From Eledone cirrhosa (lineage: Eukaryota), in the NCBI GenBank assembly GCA_964016885.1, contig OZ024740.1, positions 115,258,001 to 115,322,000 of the forward strand: DNA of 64,000 nucleotides, written 5' to 3'. Every line of letters starts with the position of its first letter. Within the stretch, counting starts at the first letter, position 1. Positions 54,869-64,000 of the stretch are shown here, piece after piece. The notes under the pieces were generated by a model, which was not told the origin of the DNA, did no database searches, and saw only the letters and a program-made list of their open reading frames with translations. The translations under genes and the position numbers were made by a program.

Positions 54869-55556
54869 CTGATTTGACTGATAATGGTGTATTTTTAAAA
54901 AGTATGTGTACATTCTTGTTACTATTTTAAGGCAATGCAAGCAACAACTATTTAATAAAATTTAAATTTAAAAATGACCATTGTGCATTACTAGTATGAT
55001 GACATTTTATTAAGTCATAAAATTAGTCAGTCAGCCATAGAACAAGGATCAGGTGGCAAAAACATTGGCAAATATTTGTGTCAATTTAAGATTTCCATCA
55101 TTGTTCAAATGAATCATATCTGGTTTGAAGTCAGATTTGTCAAATTTTGACCAATTTTCAATGTTGTGAAGAGTGGGCAAGTTCAATTTTTGAATCATTT
55201 CTTTCATGCAGTAATTAAACTTTTCCAAACGTCGTCATTTCTGGATTAACTCCCCTAGCGTCACGCTTACTACTAACTCACTTGAACACAAGATTTATCA
55301 GCAGACTTTGATTATAAACTTTTTCCCGTTGGACCAAATATCTAGATTTTTAAGTCAAAAGATGCGTAAGGATCTACTGTTCATGCTCATATAAGTTTTA
55401 TCTCAGTTCAATAAAGTAGAGCCGCGCTGTACTGTCGTAAACAGACGATTGCCAACGAAAACACGACCACAATAATATTACTAAACGGACGGTAGTCCGT
55501 TTAGGATATATATATATACATATATAGATAAATAAATGTATATATATATATATATA

Positions 55557-55633
55557 TTGGGTCATCAAGTATGAAATTTGTAGAAATTTCTTTAAAAAAT
55601 TTTTTTTTTACATATTTCATACTCGACGACCCA

Positions 55634-55635
<2 letters not shown>
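55557..55635. mobile_element. ~80-bp mariner-type MITE
   Basis: ATTGGGTCATCAAGTATGAAAT / ATTTCATACTCGACGACCCAAT inverted termini within TA repeats. Confidence 0.6.
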
Positions 55636-55666
<31 letters not shown>

Positions 55667-55671
55667 TATAT

Positions 55672-56628
55672 AGTTATACTTGGGGAGGGTCATATTTGTG
55701 TAATATTGCCAGAATTAATAACAGAACACACTCACTGTTTGGTTGGTTTTCGCTTCTCGCTTCTTTGTCTTTTATATCGGTAATCTAATATACTCGGTCC
55801 TCAATGTTGCCATTGACTGACCGGCGGTCAAAAATAATACAGATACAATATAGACACAAACACATATATATAAAACGGGTCAGTACTATACGAACATGCT
55901 AGACAACAACATGACGATAACATAGACAACATAGAAATTAGAATAATATCTAAACATAGAAATGACCCAGCAGATAGGCAAATCAGAGAGGCCAGTGAAA
56001 TAGAAATTAGAAGACCAAGGCTAAACAGAAAGAATGAATGGAATAACAACAACACCCAAACAAACAACACTGACCTAAGAGAAGTATAAATAAGTAAATA
56101 AAATAAAATAAATAAATAAATAAATACATACACAAGCACAATAACAACAAGCACATAAACACACACTAGTCACCCATCACACAGCAAACAAAACACTATA
56201 CACACACGCGAACGCATGCGCAAAGAAGACAAAATAAAATAAACAAACAAGCAAATAAATAAATAAATATATAGACAGACTGAATAAAAATGGCGTAGAC
56301 ATACAATACAACAGGAGGAAAATATAGCACCACTGACGATGTTGCAGATGTGCAACGAAAGATTTATGATAAAGTATATATATGTGTTTGTGTCTATATT
56401 GTATCTGTATTATTTTTGACCGCCGGTCAGTCAATGGCAACATTGAGGACCGAGTATATTAGATTACCGATATAAAAGACAGCGAGAAGCGAAAACCAAC
56501 CAAACAGTGAGTGTGTTCTGTTATTAATTTTGGCAATATTACACAAATATGACCCTCCCCAAGTATGACAATATTTGTTTCGATACACGATTTCATATAA
56601 AAAACTTCGCAAAACTAATTCATCGCCG

Positions 56629-56630
<2 letters not shown>
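55672..56630 (+). mobile_element. 5'-truncated PLE with an inverted pLTR copy at its 5' end
   Basis: 55672-55871 is inverted at ~56373-56568; 55874-56050 encodes SVLYEHARQQH..IEIRIISKHRND..RQIREA.EI...P.LNRKNEW (GIY-YIG C-terminus); CTGACGA-T-GTTGCA GATG TGCAAC-GAAA at 56333-56360. Confidence 0.85.
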
Positions 56631-56688
<58 letters not shown>

Positions 56689-57205
56689 TAAATTTTCCGA
56701 AGTAGTATAAAACGGTTCAATGCTTGATATTGATTTTCAATTTTCAAAATTTAAGTTTCACTCATCCGGAAAATCAGTAAAAGCCATCCCACAAGACAGC
56801 GTTGGTTGCTAACGGCAGTACATGGAACATGGTTAATCGGTATTTGTCGTTTATCATCTGTGTGGAGACGAATTAATAATTCCCCTTGAGCAGCAATATA
56901 GCTGTGATTTGTAATGTCGTATTATATATGTATATATATGTATATATATATATGTATGTATATATATATAAAATATATACAAACATACATATATACATAT
57001 AAATATATTTATAAATGTGTTAGTGTGTGTATATATATATATACATATATATATGTGTGTGTGTACATATACATACCTACACGCATGCATGGATGCATAC
57101 ATACATACATACCATACATACACCATACATATATACATACATACATACATACATACATACATACATACATACATACATACATACATACATACATACATAC
57201 ATACA

Positions 57206-57812
57206 TGGTGGCTGCCAACTCGTTTTCGAGTACGGCCACTACTTCATATCCATGTAGGAGAACCCTTACCGATGCGCTGAACGACTGTGACTTTTTAGTC
57301 CAGCCAGCGACTTGAAAACTTTGTTACAAACACTACACTTGTGACAATTATTGACACATAGTGCTGGGCCCATGGTACCATGTGACAACAAGTGCAGAGA
57401 GATCTCCAGATATAAAGCAATGCCTGTGCCGTGAAGCTTTTATAGTGAGCAAAGGCACTGCACAAAGCCAGTCCCACTCTCTTAACCAAGATGATATTTA
57501 CCAAAAAGAAGAACAAGTCAACATCATTGGATACCATCAGGGTTGCAGATGTTATATCAGGGTTTTCCTTCTCCTAGAATTCTGCCTTGACAAAGGCTAA
57601 GGGGTCATCTCTCCCGGTGATTTTGGATGGCCATTGACTCTTAAGAACTCCTTTGCCCTTTGACAGGTTTTGTTTTTAGTCCTGCAGGATGTCCAAAGTC
57701 ACCCTCCTCACCAAGAAACCTTGGTGGGGTTGCCAGTTTAGTCGCCAACGACCCGACCATGAGACAGGTTGTACTGGGATACATGTTACCAGTAGCACCA
57801 ACTGGTGACCTG
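57206..57812 (-). mobile_element. Probable non-autonomous RTE-derived element in (CATA)n
   Basis: GC-richer island bounded on both sides by (CATA)n; minus-strand GGAGAAGGAAAACCCTGA resembles a motif I recall from RTE 5' UTRs. Confidence 0.4.
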
Positions 57813-57845
57813 ACACATACATACATACATACATACATACATACA

Positions 57846-57877
<32 letters not shown>

Positions 57878-58689
57878 AATATATATTGTGGGTCTACCTG
57901 AGCCTTGTAAAGTATCTGATATTTCTAGGGCTCGAAGAGCTAGTCTTTTTGTATCAGCAATACTGAAGTCTTATTGGCACTGCACATCTCTCCCCGAGTA
58001 AATAGTAAAAATGAAATATTCAAAACTTAACCATAGCTACATTAAATTCAACCTATTATCCGTCTTCTATGCAGTCAAAATTAACATCATATAATGTCTT
58101 ATCTATCTTCTCCTCTGTCTGTACAACAAAACTAGAATCAGAAAAGAAAATGGCGTGTTCAGCATCGAATGAGTAAAGCAATTAAATAACTAACTACAGT
58201 AATGTATGCAGAGAACTATTCTATGTAACTATCAGTTCAGTATCTGCATATGTTGTGTTAAGTATAAACACCACATCCCAAGCCCTGTGACATTTCAATA
58301 CTGAATGAAATGCACACATATATTGGATAAAAGATTTGTTCAAATTTAACGATAGTTTAAAGTCGTATACAACGGAACGTGTGAGTTTGTGTATCATTAT
58401 GTCTACGGGTGTAGTTAAGTGTTAATACCTATGGGCATGCATATGTACGTGTACATACATGGCAAAAGATGTATGTGTGCTAGCAGCAGTCGGGTTGTTG
58501 TTTCCAATAAAGAATAATTTGCATTTTAGTTTTATATTGAGGACGTAATGGACATGTAAATACCGCCTTACTTCCGCGCGTGCTTCTTCATAAATGAATA
58601 CAAACCTTAAATTATTTACATAGGACTAAATAAGGATTATATATATATATATAGAAATATATATATATATATATACGTGTATATATATA

Positions 58690-58722
<33 letters not shown>

Positions 58723-58753
58723 GTATATATATATGTATATACATATGTATATA

Positions 58754-58870
<117 letters not shown>

Positions 58871-58877
58871 GTGTATA

Positions 58878-58935
<58 letters not shown>

Positions 58936-59106
58936 CATATATATTTATATACACATATATGTATGTATATATATATATATATATAAATATATATATGCCA
59001 AAATGCGTATATATGCTTGGCACAGTTTGTGTGTAGATATATGTTGTTGCCGTGGCGGCATGTTTTCATGTGCGTAAATAATAAGGTTGAGATATAATAA
59101 AGCAGG

Positions 59107-59200
<94 letters not shown>

Positions 59201-59339
59201 ATAGAGGTGTAACACACGAGTTATGATATATTGGTAAACGGAAAAGAAAATGCTGACAAATTATTCCTAGTGAAAATTAGTTTAATTAGGAATAAGTAAA
59301 AATTTTGATTGGTCGGTAGAGGTCATGTGAATGTTAAAA

Positions 59340-60014
59340 ATTGATTTTGGAATCAAACGTGCCCTAAAACTCAGTACCCAGGACCTTAGAGACCCTAAAG
59401 TAAATCAACCGAAACTAAAAGCTCTTCCATACATCTCCACACACAACCCCTTCAACAATGAGGCCTTTGAAATCATCCTCTAGAACATCCCTGTGTTGAA
59501 AAAGGACCATAGAATGAACCAAATCCTACGAACACACGATATCATAAAGAGCAAAAGACAATCTAATTCAATGAAAAACATCCTAACACATGCCAAAGTA
59601 CTGCCAACCACAACAACGAAACCCACAGTAAAAAAATTGCGATAGACCCAACTGTGGCATATGCATCAACCTAATAGAGGGTTCGGAATTCTATTTCAAA
59701 GAAGGACAACGTTTTATAGTAAAACACAATTTCACATGCGCATCAGAAAATCTAATATATGTATTAACTTGCTCAGGTTGTCGAGAACAATACATAGGCC
59801 AGACAAAAACAGCCTCTGCCAACGCATGACTGTCCATAGATCCCAAATTAAAATACGGGAATACAGCAAAATACCACTGAGTGAACACATTGATACCTGT
59901 GCCGCCCAAAATCATCCCAACTTCAGAATCTTTCCCCTCTACAAATTTAAAGATAATGCCACCCACACCCAGCGCATCAGCAAGGAATCTCACTTTATTA
60001 ACACTTCTCCCTAA
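59340..60014 (+). pseudogene. PLE (Neptune-like) linker + GIY-YIG fragment
   Basis: LPYISTHNP; CDRPNCGIC (59638); FTCASENLIYVLTCSGCREQYIGQT (YIG 59791-59799); frameshift; then LCQRMTVHR..EH..KESHFI. Confidence 0.85.
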
Positions 60015-60494
60015 GACGAACCCACAACATACACACGTCAACAGACATACCTACATCAGCATACATCTCTATCCACATATAAACACAATGACATACGTAA
60101 ACACACATGTTCTATGGTGCAACACAAATATACACAAATTTGCATACCTTTTGATGTCTATAGATATAAACGTGCCGACACACACACATACATAAACGTA
60201 CACATGCATTGCACACTGATGGGCACATACATATTTGTACACAAGTATTCCAATACGGCAAAGCCTAATGGATTCCCCTTGCAGTACGGACAATATGGAC
60301 ACTCACACACACCTTGGTATTATGCCAATACTATATATCATTTCACACCTTTTATTATTAAGGTTTTTGATGTCCTATTGAGAGAATCGTTTTTACTGAA
60401 AATATCGAATAATGTAAACCATTTTACGAATATCACAAAAATACTGGTCCCCCCCCACACACACATTCTCACACACACACACACACATATATAT

Positions 60495-60582
<88 letters not shown>

Positions 60583-60689
60583 CTCCGTATAAGACAAGAG
60601 CTGAAAAATATGTTTTAACATGTTAAAATATCCCCCACACACGTACAGACACATTCCTACTGACCATCCCTCTATCACGAATTACTCTG

Positions 60690-60777
<88 letters not shown>

Positions 60778-60859
60778 ACAAACATATATATATACAAACA
60801 TACATACATATATATATATAGATATGTATATATATATATATGTATATATGTTGTGTGTC

Positions 60860-61033
60860 AGGGTTCAATCGGGGTTAATCACAGTTAGTAAGTTACCTAA
60901 TAGAGTAGCGTGTAAACATCAAGTTTAATATAGAAGTGGCTTCTGCGGGACTAGAACTGTTTCATTTAACAGAGATTATCAGGAAAGCCTTGGTGATTTC
61001 TTTTAAATGAATCAGTTCTAGTCCTGTAGAAGC
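60860..61033. mobile_element. Diverged fold-back copy of the 38.3-kb small family
   Basis: GGACTAGAACTGTTTCATT / AATGAATCAGTTCTAGTCC; the GGGTTCAATCGGGG end is shared with 26439, 29632 and 31886. Confidence 0.7.
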
Positions 61034-61052
61034 CATTTCTATATAAAACTTG

Positions 61053-61173
<121 letters not shown>

Positions 61174-61268
61174 CGTGTGTATATAAATATATATATATAT
61201 ATATTTAGAGTTTAAACAGTCATTTACAATTAATTAGCTCAAAGAAAGAAGCATTTCTGAGCCGTGAA

Positions 61269-62280
61269 ATACAAGTTAATATAAATTGATATATTATAAA
61301 CACATAAGTGTCTGCATTGCAAAAGACTAAGTCAGCTAGAATGAAATAAACTAATTAAAATAAATATAGTTTGTCTGTCTCGATATAAATCAATAAAAAC
61401 AAGCTTATATTGGCAAAAGCCGTGATTCCTTGACAAATTTAAATTTCAAAATCCAAACCTGCTCCGTAGATGAATTTGAACCTCAAAACTCAAATATGTT
61501 TCGCAATGGTGGTATAAAAAGTGAAATATTCAATCTTCTGTGCTTATCAACAGGAATCCAGAGAAATTAAAACATTTCACCTCCAGAAGTTTTGTAGGAC
61601 TGGTTAACCAGTACAAACGCACGAGGTACAACCAGCTATCTAGCTATCCCATACTCACAGTGCTAGAAATAACAGCCGTTTATATGGGATTAAAAATTAG
61701 CTCAACACGTAAGGAGCCGTATTATATTTAGAGTTTAATATAAGCTTGTTTTTATTGATTTATATCGAGACAGACAAACTATATTTATTTTAATTAGTTT
61801 ATTTCATTCTAGCTGACTTAGTCTTTAAACGGCTCCTTACGTGTTGAGCTAATTTTTTATCACATATAAACGGCTGTTATTTCTAGCACTGTGAGTATGG
61901 GAGAGCTAGATAACTGGTGGTACCTCGTGCGTTTGTACTGGTTAACCAGTCCTACAAAATTTTTGGAGGTGAAATGTTTTAATTTCTCTGGATTCCTGTT
62001 GATAAGCACAGAAGATTGAATATTTCACTTTTTATACCATCATTGCGAAATATATTTGAGTGTTGAGGTTCAAATTCATCTACGGAGCAGGTTTGGATTT
62101 TGAAATTTAAATTTGTCCAGGAATCACGGCTTTTGCCAATATAAGCTTGTTTTTATTGATTTATATCGAGACAGACAAACTATATTTATTTTAATTAGTT
62201 TATTTCATTCTAGCTGACTTAGTCTTTTGCAATGCAAACACTTATGTGTTTATAATATATCAATTTATATTAACTTGTAT
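61269..62280. repeat. 1-kb fold-back element (~452-bp arms)
   Basis: 61269-61720 is inverted at 61829-62280; the spacer holds a third copy of an ~88-bp arm segment. Confidence 0.9.
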
Positions 62281-62377
62281 ATATATATATGTATGTATGT
62301 ATATAAATCTATGCATATGTATATGTGTATGCGTTGACAGATTGATGCTATGTATGCTCCTGTAGGTATGTGAGTTT

Positions 62378-62411
<34 letters not shown>

Positions 62412-62415
<4 letters not shown>

Positions 62416-62605
62416 AAGGAGGTGTGGTAAGGAACCAGATGGACCATAAGGCACCAGAGTACTCAATACTTAGGGTAGTAGAGTGGGTAATAGGATAATG
62501 TTTAACCCCGGCGGCAGAGATTAAGCCGTTTCGACAGCTATTTCTGAAATCTGAGTCCCGAAATAGCCGTCGAACTGGCTTGAGCTCTGCCGTCGGGGTT
62601 AAACG

Positions 62606-62610
<5 letters not shown>
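62412..62610. mobile_element. Small repeat with ~100-bp hairpin (family also at 27185-27300 and 38271-38302)
   Basis: GTTTAACCCCGGCGGCAGAG...CTCTGCCGTCGGGGTTAAAC; GTGGTAAGGAACCAGATGGACCATAA is the reverse complement of sequence at ~27261-27286. Confidence 0.7.
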
Positions 62611-62658
<48 letters not shown>

Positions 62659-63438
62659 CATGCATATATTTTTTATGAGTGAGTATGTAACTATCTAACA
62701 TGATCCTTTATGTAAGTAATGTTGAGCGGTGATGATATATTTTAAAGCAACCAATATGCACCATGTGCACTAGAATTAGTGGTAGAAATAGTCTTTCTCT
62801 TTTGCCGATCTAAATGACAGTAAATGGTGCTGTCAATATGGAACTATGGGTTTGACGGATGCAATAATGAGTACTCGATACTCAAGTAGAGATTAATAAC
62901 ATATTTTTGATGCCTAAGCTATGTGTAATGTTACTCTGGATTTTCACTTATCTACTCACACGATAGTCATGCGAGTCCTGCCTCCAGTGTACAAATTTCA
63001 TCACTAAATCATAACAGAGATTATATATATGAGCTTAGGCGTATATGTGTATGAGTGTGTATGTGTGGGTGCGTGCGTGTGTGTGTGTATGTGTGTTTGT
63101 GTGTGTTTGTGTGTGTTTGTTTGTGTTACCTTTTAATAGCTTTCCAGAATTCAATGGAATTTGAATAACAAAATTGGCAGGTGTCACATATTGATGTATG
63201 TATGTATGAATGTAATCTCGTGTGCAAGTGTATGTGTAAGTCATTTTTTTATTTTATTTAATTGCAGTGATATACAAACATAGGGTTTGGCAGTAAAATG
63301 TGTTTACATATTTTTAAGCAGAACGACTTTGTGAAGATATAGAAAGTCATTAAAATAAGATTGCCTAATGGGAATCAAAACCATGACCCCTTTTATTTAT
63401 ACTACGGTATATTTACAGCTATACGCTAAGCTTATTTC

Positions 63439-63478
<40 letters not shown>

Positions 63479-63513
63479 CGGTATCTCTCTATCTCTCTAT
63501 CTATCTAATCATG

Positions 63514-63564
<51 letters not shown>

Positions 63565-63773
63565 CTATCTCTCTATCTATCTATATCTATCTAATCATCT
63601 ATCTCTTTCTCTCATTCTCTATCTCTAACAATCTATCTATCTTCCTATCATATATATATGCGTGTGTGTGTATGTATGTGTGTGCGTGCGTGTGTATGTG
63701 TGTATGTGTGTGTATAAATATATATATCATCATCATCATCCTCATCCTCTTTTAACGTCCACTTTCCACGCTA

Positions 63774-63898
<125 letters not shown>

Positions 63899-63951
63899 TA
63901 TATATATATACATATATACATATTTATATATACATATACATATACATATAC

Positions 63952-63983
<32 letters not shown>

Positions 63984-64000
63984 ACATATACATATATATA

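Noticed and set aside
55481-55510. Helitron 3' terminus
   Set aside because: A hairpin is present but no CTRR end follows it.
57540-57800. HDV-like ribozyme in the putative RTE 5' region
   Set aside because: I could not assemble the nested double pseudoknot by eye; an RNAMotif/Infernal search would be needed.

Overview
AT-rich, microsatellite-saturated eukaryotic DNA; the repeat landscape (tRNA-head SINEs with a Nin-type core, long (TA)n/(CA)n/(GATA)n tracts) suggests a cephalopod such as Octopus (inference). Most short ORFs in the track are microsatellite artefacts. Recognisable elements: two near full-length Tx1/L1-group LINEs in tandem, bounded by (GATA)n (14.7-26.3 kb); three Penelope-like element (PLE) GIY-YIG fragments; R4/Dong-like and RTE LINE fragments; many SINEs. 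The most striking feature is a 9.8-kb array of a 310-bp unit (38.9-48.7 kb). Each complete unit carries a minimal Type I hammerhead ribozyme (HHR): 20 copies on the minus strand and 11 on the plus strand, joined head-to-head, with both outer ends in (TA)n. This looks like a non-LTR retrozyme inserted by rolling-circle reverse transcription primed from both target ends. About eight further small (TA)n-embedded elements show HHR cores and/or the same fold-back architecture. All ribozyme calls come from manual base-pair inspection; none was tested computationally or biochemically.
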